Assembly (NCBI RefSeq): GCF_004010195.1
Contig: NC_057720.1
Coordinates: forward strand, 91,585,319 to 91,637,271
From: Chiloscyllium plagiosum
Lineage: Eukaryota
Direction of reading: 5' to 3'
Length of the DNA stretch: 51,953 nt
Shown here: positions 1 to 13,439 of the stretch, piece after piece
Layout: each line of letters begins with the position of its first letter
How positions within the stretch are numbered: the stretch's first letter is position 1
Program-made: the position numbers and the translations under genes
Notes under the pieces: generated by a model
Told to the model about the DNA's origin: nothing
Databases searched by the model: none
The model's input: only the letters and a program-made list of their open reading frames with translations

Positions 1-55
1 TTAAATTATTCAGACAGGATTGCCCTCTAAAACATCTATGCTGGCATCTCTGGTT

Positions 56-2640
56 TTATAAGTGTTGATTAATCCTGTTCGTCAGAATTGTTTCCAATAA
101 TTTCCCTCCCACTGGTGTCAGATTAATTGGTCTGTAATTTCCTGGTCTATCCCTGTCACTCTTCTTGAGTAAATCACAGCACGTCAGCAATCCTCCAGTC
201 ACCTGGCACTTCACCTGTGGCCAGTGAAGTTTGAATATCTCCTTCAGGGTTCCAGCAATCTCCTGCCTTGTCTCCCATAGCAGCCTGGGATACATTTCAT
301 TAGGCCCTGGGGATTTATGCAACTTTATGCCTTCTACAACATCCAATACTTCCTTCTTACCAATAATAACATGAACTAGAACCTCATTATCAGAAGTAAA
401 ATCTCCAGCTACAATGTCTTTCTCCTTTGTGAATGCAGATGAGTAAATTTCATTTAAGATCTCATCTACGTCCACACAAAGATTGTCCCTTTGGTCATGA
501 ATAGATTTCACTATTTCCCTGGTCATCTTCTTCCCCTTAACATCCATATAAAATGTTTTGGGGTTCTGCTTGATCCTATCTCAAAGATATTTCATAGTCC
601 CTCTTTACCCTCCTAATTTCCTTTTTAAGTACCCACCCAGTACACTATACTTCTGAAGGCTCTCCCCTGCTTTTAATTCTCTTTATGTGACATATGCTTC
701 TTTCTTTTTTTATCAAACTCTCACTATCCTTTCACATCCCAGGCCCCCTTGGTTTGCTGTCCCTGTCCTTCACACTAAGGGGTTCACGCTGTCCCTGAAT
801 TCTCACGATACCACTTTTAAAAGATGCCCACTTTCCAAATATAGACTGACCTGCAAGTAGCTGCTCCCAGTCTGCTAGATCCTGTCGAATGACATTGAAA
901 TTGGCCTTCCCCAAATTAAGACACAAATTGTGCACTGTCTTTATCCCTTTCCATAATGACTTTAAAATTTACAGAGTTGTGGTCACTGTGCTCACCCATT
1001 GACACTTCAACCACTTGACCGGCATCATTCCCGAGCTCTGCCCCATCTCTACTGAGACTATCTACGAACTGGAACAAAAAGATCTCCTGGATGGATTTCA
1101 AAATTTCCGTCCTGTCTGATCCTTTCACACAAAGGCAATCCCATTTCACACAAAGGTAATCCTAGTTAATTTTCACAAAGTTGAAATTCCCTCTTAACAT
1201 AACCCTATTCCTCCAACATCTCTCTGTGATTTGCCGACGTTTCTGCTTTTCTATCTCCCTCTGACTATTGGGAGGCCTGCAGTATAATCCCAATGAAGTG
1301 ATGACACCTGTTTTATTTCTTAGTCCACCCAGATGGCCTCATTTGAAGACACTTCTAAGACATCCTCCCTCATTACTGCAGTGATGGTTTGTGAATAATG
1401 CAATGCCCCCTGTCTCCCTGCTGCATGCCCCCATCCCGCCTGAAACTTCTTTATCCTGGAATTTTAAGCTGCAAGTCCTGTTCTTCCTCCAACCGTGACT
1501 CAGTCATTGCAACAATGTCATATTCCCACATGCTCATCAACGTCATACGTTCATCTGCCTTATTGGTCAAGCTCCTTGCATTAAAATAGATACAATTTAG
1601 CTTTCTGGTCCTCCCATGTTCCATATCCTGCCTACGTCTCCCTGGTGGTTACCTAATGCTTTTCTGTCTGTGTGGCCCTCCATGAGGGGAAACATCAGTT
1701 TATCCTGTTAAGCCCCTTAAGAATCCTATATGTTTCAACGAGATTGTCATTCATTTTTCTAATCTCCAGCAAGCAGATTTCAAACCTTTGCGCTTTGATC
1801 ACAGGACAGCCCCTCCACCCTGAGGATCATCCCAGTGAACCTTCTCTGATCTGCCTCCATGTTTTCATAAATAAGGCAACCAAAACTGTTCACAGTACTC
1901 CAGCTGTGGTCTCATCAGCACCTTGTACACTGGCAGTAAGAATTCCCTCCACTTATGCTCCAACCCCCTTGAAATAAGGGCCAACATCCCAATAGCTTTC
2001 CTGATTCCCTGCTGCTCCCATGCGCTAACTTTCTGTGTTTCAGGCACTTTAATGTTGCAGCTTTCTCAGTTTTTCTCCATTTAAATAATATTCTGTTGTT
2101 TTGTTCTCCCTACCAAAAGATACAACTTCACGTTTTTCCACATGAAACTTCATCTGCCAACCTTTCCTCACTGACCTAACCAATAAATATCTCTCTATTA
2201 AATGTTTGTATCACACTTGTAACTTGCCTTTCTCCCTATTATTGTGCCATCTGTAATTGTGGTTACAGTACAATCACTTGCTTCTTCCACGTCACTGATA
2301 AATATTGTAAACAGTTGTGGCCCCAGCACTGATCCCTGTGGAATGCCAATGGTCACAGGTCACCAACCTGAAAAGGAACCCCTTATTCCCACTGAGCTCA
2401 CTCTGATCTTCAGTATGATTTTGAGTCCTCACTATCTGCCATAAACTTCCCCCTTTTTCCTTCCCAAACCTGTCCATCCCTTGATATCCAGGGTTCTCTG
2501 GCCTTGTTGGTCCCACCCTTCACCTTTACAGGAACATGTTGACCCTGCACTCTCACTATTTCCTTTCGGAAAGAGTCCCATTGTTCTGATGTAGATTTTC
2601 CTATAAGGAGCTGCTCCCAGTCCACTTCAGCTCGCTCCTG
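56..2640 (-). mobile_element. Degenerate CR1-clade LINE ORF2 fragments (several pieces)
   Basis: ORFs contain CR1 motifs KSPGPNEMYPRLL, PGNYRPINLTPVGGKLLE, GEHSDHNSVNF and RPQLEYCEQFWLPY, broken by stops and frameshifts. Confidence 0.85.
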
Positions 2641-2959
2641 CTTCATTGGTGGCTCTGGCACCACATGCTGGCCAGACCAGGAAGGAGGGTAGATTTCCTT
2701 CCCTAGTGAACCTGATGGGTTTTTATGAAGTTTGTCAATTGTTTAATGGTCATCACTGGATTCATCGCATATTGCAGCTGGAAAAGATCCTTTGGTCCAT
2801 TATCAAGCAGTTGCCTCAACTCATCCCACTGTATGTGTGTGAGAGTGTGAGAGAATCAGAGAGTTTGTGTGTATGTGTGTGTGCGTGTGACTGTGTGTGA
2901 GCGTGGGAGAGAAAGAAAGAGAGAGACCCCCACCTTCTCCATTTTGTTTGCACCATTAC

Positions 2960-4520
2960 GTTTGTCACCGGACTGCTCCACAGGCCGTGGTAATGACAAA
3001 TGGCTCCACCACTGACCTATTTCCCACTGGGACTGATGTCAAATAGGGCTGTATCATCGCCCCAACACTGTTCTCGATCTACCTCACTGCAATGTTTCCT
3101 TTCACCCCCAACAAGCTCCTTGCTGGAGTGGAGCTAACTTACAGAACCTGTGGGAAATTATTCAACATCTGCTGCCTTCAAGCTAAAACCAAAGTCAGCC
3201 CAACCAGTGTCATCGAGCTGCAGTATGCAGATGATGATTGTGTGTGTGCAATCTCAGAGAATGTATTCCAGACCATTTTCAGCATCTTTACTGAGTCACA
3301 TGAGAGCATGGGTCTCACCCTGAACATCTACACCTGAAGATTAGATTACTTACAGTGTGGAAACAGGCCCTTCGGCCCAACAAGTCCACACCGCCCCGCC
3401 GAAGCACAACCCACCCATAACCCTACATTTACCCCTTACCTAACACTACGGGCAATTTAACATGGCCAATTCACCTGACCTGCACATCTTTGGACTGTGG
3501 GAGAAAACCGGAGCACTCGGACGAAACCCACGCAGACACGGGGAGAACGTGCAAACTCCACACAGTCAGTCGCCTGATGCGGGAATTGAACCCGGGTCTC
3601 TGGTGCTGTGAGGCAGCAATGCTAACCACTGTGCCACCGTGCTGCCTACATCCTACACTAACCTGGTCTGGCATTGTGGAGCAAACTCCTGATCATCAAG
3701 GTCCATGAGGAGGCCTGAGAGAATGTTGACTACTTCCAATAACTCAGAAGTCTCCTGTCAGCCAAAGCAACTGTTGATGAAGAGATCCAACATCACCTCC
3801 AATGTGTTAGCACAGTCTTCAGCTACTTGAGCAAAAGGGTGTTCGAAGACAACAGCATCAGATCCAAGACCAAGCTCATGGTTTACAGAGCTGTGGGGGT
3901 TCCCAGCCTTCAATATGGCTCTGAGACATGGACTGTCAGAGCAAACACCTCAAGGCGCTGGAGTAGTATCACCAATGCTGCCTGCTCAAGATCCTGTGAA
4001 TCAGCAGGGAAGACAGACATACTAACACCAGTTAGTCCTCAAACAGGCTAATATCCCCAGCATCAAGGCACTGACCATTCCTGATTGGCCACGATGGGCT
4101 GGGCACATCGTCTGCATGACCGACACAAGACTCCTCAAGCAGGTGCTCTACTCCCAGCTTCGACACAGCAGGCAAGCCCCAGGCGGACAGAGGAAGTGGT
4201 TCAGGGATACCCTCAAGATCTCATTGGCAAAGTGCTGCATTCCCCAGGCACCTGGTATTCACTGGCCCAAAACTGTCTAACGTAGAGGAGGAGCATCCAG
4301 GAAGGTGTCGGGCATCCCGAGACTTGCCACCAGGAAAAAAATGGAAGCCAGGCTAAAACAGCAGAAGGGACACACTACCACACCAAAGTCCCAATCCACC
4401 CCTTCACTTGACCACCACTTGTCCCACGTGTAACAGAGCCTGTGGTAGCCACATCAGTTTGTGCAGCCACCTACAGACTCACTCTGAGGGTGGAAGAGAG
4501 TCATCCTTGTCTGCGAGAGA
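2960..4520 (+). mobile_element. Degenerate RTE-clade LINE (RT and C-terminal region) interrupted by a SINE
   Basis: Motifs ELQYADD, KTKLMVYRAVGVPSLQYGSETWT and a WAGHIV-like segment are typical of RTE ORF2. Confidence 0.8.
3338..3645 (-). mobile_element. tRNA-derived shark SINE (HE1-like)
   Basis: The - strand starts ggcacagtggttagcattgctgcctcacagc with a B-box (ggttcaattcc) and ends in a (tctaa)n tail. It is near-identical to the copy at 39773-40078. Confidence 0.85.
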
Positions 4521-4992
4521 CCATGGCCAATGTTGATGTGCTGTGTGTGTGCGTGTGTGTGTGTGTGTGTTACATCTGAGTGGGGCCAGGATTCAGACTT
4601 GGGAATATCATCTAAACTATGGGAATTTGAGTTCAGAACACATCCCACAGATCTCTGGAACAGGAGGAGGCCATTCAGGGCATTCTCTGGGAAAGCGTCG
4701 TTTGAAACAAGAATAATGACACATCTCCGAGAATCATATTAATAATCATTTTTACTGAAGCTTTCATGAGTTCTGTGTTGATTGACACAATGTTCTGGTT
4801 TGGGCTTTGCTGTCTGTACAAACCATCTGTAATGTCTTTGCTGCAATGGTTCACATTTACATCATCAAACTCACACTCCAAATATCCCGTCATTATTCTT
4901 CATGGGACTCACTGAATTGGCTCAGATCAGACTCCCAGCAGCACAAATGGAGGGAGGGCTGGAGCTCAGAGATAGAGAGAGAGAGAGAGAGG

Positions 4993-5028
<36 letters not shown>

Positions 5029-5052
5029 TGGAACTCAGAAGAGAATGCTTTG

Positions 5053-5362
5053 ACTGGAGACTGTAATGGATGCACGGGTGTTCTAGATGGAGACTGCAAT
5101 GGATGAATGGTGCTCTGGATGGAGACTGCACTGACTGAATGGTGTTCTAGATGGAAACTGCACTGGATGAATGCTGCTCTGGATGGAGACCGCACTGAAT
5201 GTATGGTGCTCTGGATGGAGTCTGCACTGGATGAATGATGCTCTGGATGGAGACTGCACTGGATGAATGATGTTCTGGATGGAGACTGCACTGGATGAAT
5301 GGTGCTCTGGATGGAGACTGCACTGGATGAATGGTGCTCTGGATGGAGACTGCACTGGATGA
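5053..5362. repeat. 32-bp minisatellite, about 9.5 copies (ctggatggagactgcactggatgaatggtgct)
   Basis: Tandem units are directly visible and produce the repetitive ORFs 4893-5420 and 5083-5430. Confidence 0.95.
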
Positions 5363-6153
5363 GAGAATCCTTGATTGCAATCACAGGACCCTGGTTGATT
5401 CTTTCCACACAGCAAGTCAAATGTCATCATTGGACTCGATACTGGACAGGAACAGGTCCACTCTGGATCATAGGAGATCTCGGGTCAGGTTTTAGGAGTG
5501 AGTGGGAATGCTGGATCAGAGGGGGAGTTTCCTCCAGAACCGGAAAAGGTAACAATGAGAATCCAAGCAGACAAAGCCTTGTCGGGGAGGGAGGAAAGGA
5601 GGGGGTGTCGGCGCTGGGCACAGCAAACCAGCTCATTGTGTCCAAGAGACCGAGTGGGCAGTTTCTGGTTAGAAACTGAAGCTTCTGCAACTCCTTCTGG
5701 CTTCCAGCTCCATCATTAAATCCGGAGCAGTTTCAACATTCCTTATCAACACACACTGACACCGTGATTAGAACAGAAGGAATAGGGACAGCTAATAGGG
5801 ACTCTCTCTCTCTCTCTCTCTGTCTTGGTGCTGACTTCTACCTCTGAAGGGGTTCTCTGGGAGCCAGTGTTTAATAGAAGGGATTGGGTCTCATTATGTT
5901 TTTGATGCTGTATGGTTTATGTGTGTGGTGGGGGAGAGGATACAGGCTCTGTTCTATGATGTCAGGCAGTGATGCCTGTCCCTGTAGGTCAGACTGTGAT
6001 GCTGTTGTTTGCTGGCACTGACACTATGCTATTGATTGCAATGTCACTCAGTGTGATAGAGGTTACATGGCTTGATCAGTGGTGGGGGAGGAGCTGACTG
6101 AACAAGGAGCTGCAATCATTAGTCACTGCTGAAACCCTTCACACAGCCCTCAC

Positions 6154-6209
6154 CGTCTGGAAACTTCTTCACTAAAGATTCTTTCAGCTCCTTCATGACA
6201 GCCCTGGAG
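6154..6209 (-). other. Putative 56-nt coding exon of an unidentified gene (xSRAVMKELKESLVKKFPD)
   Basis: Strong polypyrimidine tract with ttttcag acceptor, cg|gtgagg donor, open frame, non-TE sequence. Confidence 0.4.
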
Positions 6210-6499
6210 CTGAAAAGGGAGAAAGAGAAAGACATCTTTTCGAGAGGCTCCTGGACACAATGTACACTGTGTATTCCCCACTAATTACACTCCATCCCTC
6301 CACATTGAACTCATTGTTGAAGCTGCAGCCCAACTCCTGTTCCTATTGGATTGTTACAGTCAAGGAGACAGAGAAGGCTCCAGCACAGAAGGAGGCTGTT
6401 CAGCCCCTCACCGTCTGGAAACTTCTTCACTGCTAGCTGTTTACTAATTCATTCACAATGAACCTCTCCATTGAATGTCTCTTGTTGGGGAGTGATTGA

Positions 6500-9400
6500 A
6501 TCTGTTTTTAAGAGATAGAATATTTTACAAATATGAACTGATTCAAGAAAGTCAGCATGGATTTCTCAGGGTTAAACACCTTGAACTAACTTGGTTACAT
6601 TTTATTAAAGAGGTTACTAATGTGTGAGATAAGGGAATGTCAATGGGTGTTGTTCATATGAACTTCCAGAAGGCATTCAAGAAAGTTGCACACAAAATTT
6701 ATAATCTTATAATGAGAACAACAAGATGGCAGAATAATTAAATACATATTCAGGAATTTTGTACACAAAGGAAGACTCTAAAACATCCCTAAATTGTTGG
6801 GATCACAGAGTCTGGAGTGAGGGAGGAACTGGAGAAAATCAGTTTTTAAAGTGAAATGGTTTTGGGAAAATTGATGGAATTAAAGTTTGATAATCGACAT
6901 TCTAAGTATTCAGGAAATGGCTCAAAAATTTTGGAAATATTGGTGATCATCTTCCAAGATTGTATTGATTCTGGAACAGTTCCTTCAGATTGGAGAGTTG
7001 CTGATGTAACCTCACCCTTAAAATCGGAGGGAGAGAGAAAACAGGGAATTTTTGATCAGTCAGCCTGATGGTGGTATTGGGGAAAATTCTTTAGTCCGTT
7101 GTAAAAGATTTAATAGCTGAGCACATGGAAAACAGTGACAGGATTGGACACAGTCAGCATGGATTGTGGGAAGGGAAATCATACTGAACAATCAATTGGA
7201 ATTGTTTGAGGATGTAAGGAATGGATTTAATAAGGAGGAGCTAGTGAATTTTTGTTTTCTTTATTCATTCATGGGATGAGGGCATCACTGGATAGCCAGC
7301 ATTTATTGCCCATCTCTAATTAGTTAAAAGTCAACCACATTGTTGTGGGTCTGGAGTCACATATTGTCCAGACCAGGTAAGGATGGCAGTTTCCTTCCCT
7401 AAAGGAAATTAGTGAACCAGATGGGTTTTTCCAACAATCAACAGTGGATGCATGGTCATTATTAGATTCTTAATTCTGGATTAATGTGCTTCATTTACAC
7501 TTTCAAGAGGCTTCTGATAATCCTACAAAAGAGGATAGCATATAAAATTAAGGCTCATGGGATTGGGGGCAGTGTACTGACATGGATAGAGAACTGATTG
7601 CAGACAGGAAACAAAGTCATAGAGTCATAATCGAGCACAGAGACAGGCCCTTCGGCCTAAACTGGCCCACTCCGACCATAATGTCTGACCACACTAACCC
7701 AATTTCCATACACTTGGCCCATGTCCTTCTGAACCTTTCCTATTCATGCATTTGGCCAAATGCCTTTTAAATGTTGTCAATGTACCCAGTGCAACCACTT
7801 CCGCTGGCAGCTCATTCCATATGCGGACGATCATTTGAGTAAAAAAGTGCCCCTCAGGTTCCCTTTTATTCCTTATTCTCTAACCTTAAACTGATGCCCT
7901 CTCGTCCTCTATTCACAAACCCTGGGAAAAAGATTGAGTGCATTCACCCTATCCATGCCTGTCATGATCTTACACACTGCTTTAAGATTCCCCTCTTCAA
8001 TCTTCTATGCTCCAAAGAAATAGGTTCCTAGCTTGTCCACCCTCTCCCTATAACTCAGACCCTTGAGTTCTGGCAACATCCTCGTAAATTTCTCCTGCAC
8101 TCTTTTCAGTTTAATAATATCCTTCCTATAACAAGGTGTCCAAAACTGAACACAATAATCCAAGTGTGGCCTCACCAACATCCTGTATGACTGTAATATA
8201 ACTTCCCAATGCCCTGACTGATGAAGGTCAGTGTGCCAAAAGCCTTCCTCACTGCCCTGTCCAACAGTGACTCCACTTTCAGAGAATTGTGCACCTGAAC
8301 TCCAAGGTCCCTCTAATCCACTACACTCCTTTACCATTCACCATGAAACTCCTACCTTGATTTGACTTTCCAAAATGCAAGACCTCACACTCTATTAAAC
8401 TCCATTTGCCATTTCTCAGCCCACTTCCCCAGCTGATCAAAGTCCTGCTGCACTTTCTAATAACCTTCCTCACTGTCCACGATACCGCCTATTTTAGTGT
8501 CATTTGGAAATTTATGAATCATGCCTTGTACAGTCTCATCCAAATCATTGATATAGATGTAATTTCGGAATAAACGGGCCTTTTTCTGAAAGGGCTGGAT
8601 GAGCTCAGGTCTGGACCACAGGCCTGGATACCAGCTACTCACATGATATGTTAATGATTTAAATGATGGAATTAAGATTAATATCTCCAGGTTAGCAGAT
8701 GACACAAAGCTGGTTGAGAGGGGGAGCTGTCAGGAGGATGCAGAGATGCTTCTGTGTGATTTGGACGGGTTGAGTAAGTCACAGATGAAATATAATGTGA
8801 AGTTACCCAGTTTAGTATCAAAAACAGGAAGGCAGATTATTATCTGAATGGGGATAGATTGGGAATGGGGAGATACAATAAGACCTGGTTGTCCTTATAC
8901 ACCAGTTGCTAAAAGCAAGCATTGCAGGAGCAGCAGTAGTGAAGAAGGCCAATGGTATTGAGGTCTTCATAGCGATAGGATTCAAGAACAGGAGCAGAGA
9001 TATCTTGCTGCAATTTAACAGGGCTTCAGTGAGATCATACCTTGAGTATTCCATCAAAATTTGGCTCAGTGACAGGAGACAGAGGGTAGAGGCAGAAAGT
9101 TGTTTGTGTGACTGGATCCAGTGTGCAGTGGGATACCATAGGGATCACTGCTGGGTCCCTTATTATTTGTGACACTTAGAAACAATGTGGATGAGAATGT
9201 GATTGGGTGAGGGGTGGGGTTAGTGAATGATATCTAAGTTTGTATATGACATGAAGATTGGAGGATGGTTAACATGAGGAAGAAGGTGTTAGGTTACAGG
9301 AGGATATAAATGGATTGTTCAGATAGGCAGAGCAAAGGCAGATGGAATTTAACCCTGCTAAATGTGAGGTGAAGCACTGTGGAAGATACAGCAGGTTAAC

Positions 9401-10015
9401 AGGGCAGGAATGAAGACATATAGGACACTTACCTTTATCATTTCAGGCATGGGTTATAAAAACAGGGAGGTTATGTTGGAACTGTTCAGAACTTAGGGGA
9501 GGCGAGAGCTGAAGTACTGTGTGCAGTTCTGGTCACCACACGATAGGAAGGTTGTGATTACACTGGTCAGGGTGCAGATGAGATTAACGAGGAAGTTGCC
9601 TGGGGTGGAACATTTCAATGATGAAGAGATGCTGGATAAGCTCAGATTGTTCTCTTTGTAGCAGAGAAGGTTAAGGGGTCCCTGGTAGAGATGCATAAAG
9701 TTATGAGAGGAATGCATAGGGTGGATAGAAAGTTCTCCTGAGGCAGAGGGATAATAATATGGTGGCACACATTCAAATGCGAAAGGCAGGAGCTTCAGAG
9801 GGGATTTGAGGAGCATCTCTTTCACCCAGAAGATGGTGACAGTCTGAATACATTGACTGGGAGGATAGTTGCGGTAGGAAACTTCATAACCTTTGGATGA
9901 ACACTAAAATGTCATAGCATTCAAGACTATGGGCCTAATATTGGAAAGTGGGACTCATGCAGGTTTAATGTTGTTTGGCTGGCACAGGTTCAATGGGCTG
10001 AAGGGACTGTGATTT
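6500..10015. mobile_element. Nested CR1 LINE fragments (+), with an inserted CR1 3' portion (-, ~7618-8555) and a SINE-like piece (~7255-7480)
   Basis: Motifs DSGTVPSDWRVADV, RPHLDYCVQFWTPCYRKDI, YINDLDE..DTKIGG and VRSYLEYS. Confidence 0.8.
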
Positions 10016-10038
10016 TATGATACTATTACGTGCAGTTT

Positions 10039-10360
10039 TAGAACATAGAACATAGAAAAATACAACGCAGTACAGGCCCTTTGGCCCCCGATGTTGCGCC
10101 GATCCAAGCCCACCTAACCTACACTAGCCCACTATCCTCCATATGCCCATCCAATGCCCGTGTAAATGCCCATAAAGAGGGAGAGTCCACCACTGCTACT
10201 GGCAGGGCATTCCATGAACTCACGACTCGCTGAGTAAAGAATCTACCCCTAACATCTGTCCTATACCTACCACCCCATAATTTAAAGCTATACCCCCTCG
10301 TCATAGCTGACTCCATACGTGGAAAAAGGTTCTCATGGTCAACCCTATCTAAACCCCTTA
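10039..10360 (-). mobile_element. 5'-truncated CR1 3' end with (tagaaca)n tail
   Basis: ORF RGLDRVD...TRGYSFKL...FFTQRVVSSWNALP plus a short-repeat tail. Confidence 0.85.
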
Positions 10361-11039
10361 TCTGAGGAAGAATGAGCTGGCTGTGGAGGGAGGGCAGGGA
10401 GTGGGTTGAGAACAAGGATGAGAATTTGAAAATCGAAGTGTTGCTCGACCGGGAACCAATGTAGGTCAGTGAGCATGGTGGGGAGGGCGGGGGATGTTGA
10501 TGTGGGGCTTAGATCAGTCTCAAAGATGAGGTCAAGGTTGTAACAAGTTTGTTTGAGCAGCAGACAGTGCTCAGGGAGACGGATGGAGTTTGTACCGGGA
10601 GCTGAAGAAGATGGCTTTCATCTTCCCAATGTGTTTCCCAGTGAGCCTGGCTCTTCAGTCCTGACTGCTCTTAGCTGCTGTGATTGTCACTGATTGGACA
10701 CTTATTATTACAGACTCTGACCACAGCAGAAAGCCCCAGTCTAAAAAATAACTGCAAGGACTGTCAGATCGCAAGGTTGAAACTTCACCAAGAGTGGAAG
10801 TGAAAGAAGGAGCTCAGAGTAGCTGGACGTTTGTTACTGAGATGGGAGAAAACTGTGAACCATCTGCACTCCCTGGAATCTGACAGCATATAAGAAAATA
10901 AGGACTAGGATCCTGAGTATAATGATGGTAGAAGTGTCAGTCTCTCTCTCACAAACACACACTCGGAGATCAAAAACAGAATCCAGCAGCAGCTCTGTCT
11001 CCAAGCTGTGAAGCCTACACAGAATTGTTCCCTCATTCA

Positions 11040-11570
11040 GTTTTTAACTGGTAGGATAGACCAAGCAGGGGTGGCAACACAGTGGTGTGTACAGTCGGAA
11101 TTGGAGTTGCCCTGGGAGTCCTCACCATTAACTATGGAATCCATTAAGTCTCATGACAGCAGGTAATACATGGGAAAGGAAACCTCCTGCTAATTACCAC
11201 ATAACATCGCCCTCCCCTCCAACCTCAACTGAGCAGTCAGTCCTCCTCCATGTTGAACAACACTTGGAGGGAGCACTGAGGGTGGGAAGGATGCAGGATA
11301 TACCCTGAGTAAGGGACTTCAAAGTCCACCATCATGAGCTGCTCAGAAGCATCACTACTGAGCAAGCAGGTCAAGTTCCACCTGATTCAGCTGCTCGACT
11401 GGACCTGGGGCGGGTGGTGAGGGAACCAACAAGAGTGAAATACATACTCATTATCACCCTCACCAATCTGCCTGCTGCTGGTGCATCTGTCCATGACAGT
11501 ATCAGTAAGAATGATCACCGCACAGTCCGTGTGGAGACAAAATCCTGTCTTCACATTAAGATTACCTTAC
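11040..11570 (+). mobile_element. LINE AP-endonuclease domain remnant
   Basis: GDF-x-VHH-like sequence (gggacttcaaagtccacc), VREPTR and DHRTV endonuclease motifs. Confidence 0.6.
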
Positions 11571-12269
11571 ATTTTGTTGGGCAAGAGATATGGGATGTCA
11601 GAAATAATTTTGTTTTGAGCAGCAATTGGTAATGACTTGGAAATTAGTGCCCATTCAGGTGAAGCAGGTGAAGTCACTCAGTTATTGCAATGGCAGATTG
11701 GATGGGCTCTTGATGGAAATAAACCTGCAAGGCTCTGGGGGTCGAGTAGGGGAGGGGGTGGGACTGACTGGATTGCTCCATGAAATGACAGCATTTACCT
11801 GACAGGCTGAATGTTCTCCCCCTGTGCTGGAAATAGGTCTAACTCAGTGAGGGGTTCACAATTAGAGAGTTTGGGTGCAGTAAATACAGGACAAATTGTT
11901 TCTCCAGGCAGGAGGATCAGTAACCAGAGGGCACACATTTCAAAAAGGGTCTGAAGAACAAGAGAGAAGATAGGAACATTTTTATCCAGTGCGTTCATGA
12001 TGACTGTCTGCAAGGTGAGTGGAAGTGGATTCAACAGCAACTTTCAAAAGGGCATTTAGAGAAATAGCTGAAAAGGAAATAATTGCAGGGTTATACAGGA
12101 AGGGCTGGGTAAACGGGACACATTGGACTCATTTGACTAACAGTCATAATTGGCCCAGTGACCTCTGTCTGTGCTGTATAAGAGCTCACACACACTTAGT
12201 CTCACCTTTACACAAAGACTGGGAGAAACAGACAACCCAGTTTACAGAAGAGTGTTTTCTCAAGCAAAA

Positions 12270-12990
12270 TTTACACAGTGTCCAAATATGGCCTTACCAG
12301 TGCCTTGTACAGCTGTAACATGATGTCCCAGCTCCTGTACTCCCTGCTTTGACCAGTGAAGGTTAGCGTGCCAAATACCTTCTTCATCACCCTGTCTACC
12401 TGTGGCCCCACTTTCAAGGAACTATGTACCTGTACCCCTCGGTCTCTCTTTTCAACAACACTCTCCATGGCTCTACCATTAATTGTGTAATTCCTGCTCT
12501 GGTTTGTCTTACCAAAATGTAATTCCTTGCACTTTTCAAAATTAAACTCCATCTGGATTTGTTGACCACTGGCCCAATTGATCAAGATTACATTCCACTC
12601 TTAGATAACCTTCTTCCCTGCCCACTATGCCAACAATTTTAATGTCAGCCACAAACCTACTGACCATTCTTCCTATTTTCTCATCCAAATTGTTCATATA
12701 AATGATGAACAACAGTGGTTCCAGGATCGATTCTTCTGGCAGACGTCTGGTCACTGACCTCCAGTCTGAAGAACAACCCTCTCTCACCAGCCTCTGCCTC
12801 CTCCCATCAGGCCAATTTTATATCCAATTGGCTCACTCTCTCTGGATCCTATGTGATATAATCTTACTGAGCAGTCTGCCATGGCGGGGGGAACCTTGTC
12901 TAAGGCCTTGCTAAAGTCCATGGAGACAGAGTGTACTGCTCTACCTTGATCTATCTTCTTGATGACTTTTGCAAAAACTCAGTCAGCTGC
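12270..12990 (-). mobile_element. CR1 ORF2 RT fragment
   Basis: Motifs PEESILEPLLFIIYMNNLD, MEFNFEKCKELHFG and LYKALVRPYL. Confidence 0.85.
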
Positions 12991-13165
12991 TCAACTCAAT
13001 TGCAAACTCCAGTGAATAGGAGGCCCATGTTACTGGTCTCCTTTGGAGAGTCCAGTAGGAAAGAGGCCATAGGGATTGGAATAGGGATTGGGATTGGAAC
13101 ATGTTGTGAATGGACAGGATGGGTCAGTGGGTCAGAACCTGTCCTGTCCTGTCCCTCCAGCTCAC

Positions 13166-13296
13166 ACTGATGGCCTGGGGATCTCCTCTCTCTGCTGGGC
13201 CTTCATGGAATGAGCTTTGTGTCCAAACCAGTGCCCAGTGAGAATAGGCCAACAGCACAGAACTGCCCTTCATTTGACAAGAATCTGTCAGTCTTC
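13166..13296 (-). other. Possible exon of an unidentified gene (MKGSSVLLAYSHWALVWTQSS...AIS)
   Basis: ctctcag acceptor, gtgagc donor, open frame with an ATG and a moderately hydrophobic N-terminus. Confidence 0.25.
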
Positions 13297-13439
13297 CTGA
13301 GAGATACCAAACCCTGGGCAATGTGAGAAATGGGGCTTTACTCCAGGAGAAGACATGCTTCTGGGGTCAAGGGTTAACATCCATTAGTGGGGCAGAGCAG
13401 AGGGAGATTTATCTTACATTCAACTGTCATCACCTGAGA

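Noticed and set aside
3560-3645. tRNA gene
   Set aside because: tRNA-derived SINE head, not a full cloverleaf gene
5053-5362. CRISPR-like periodicity and repetitive ORFs
   Set aside because: Contiguous tandem units with no unique spacers, in a eukaryotic context
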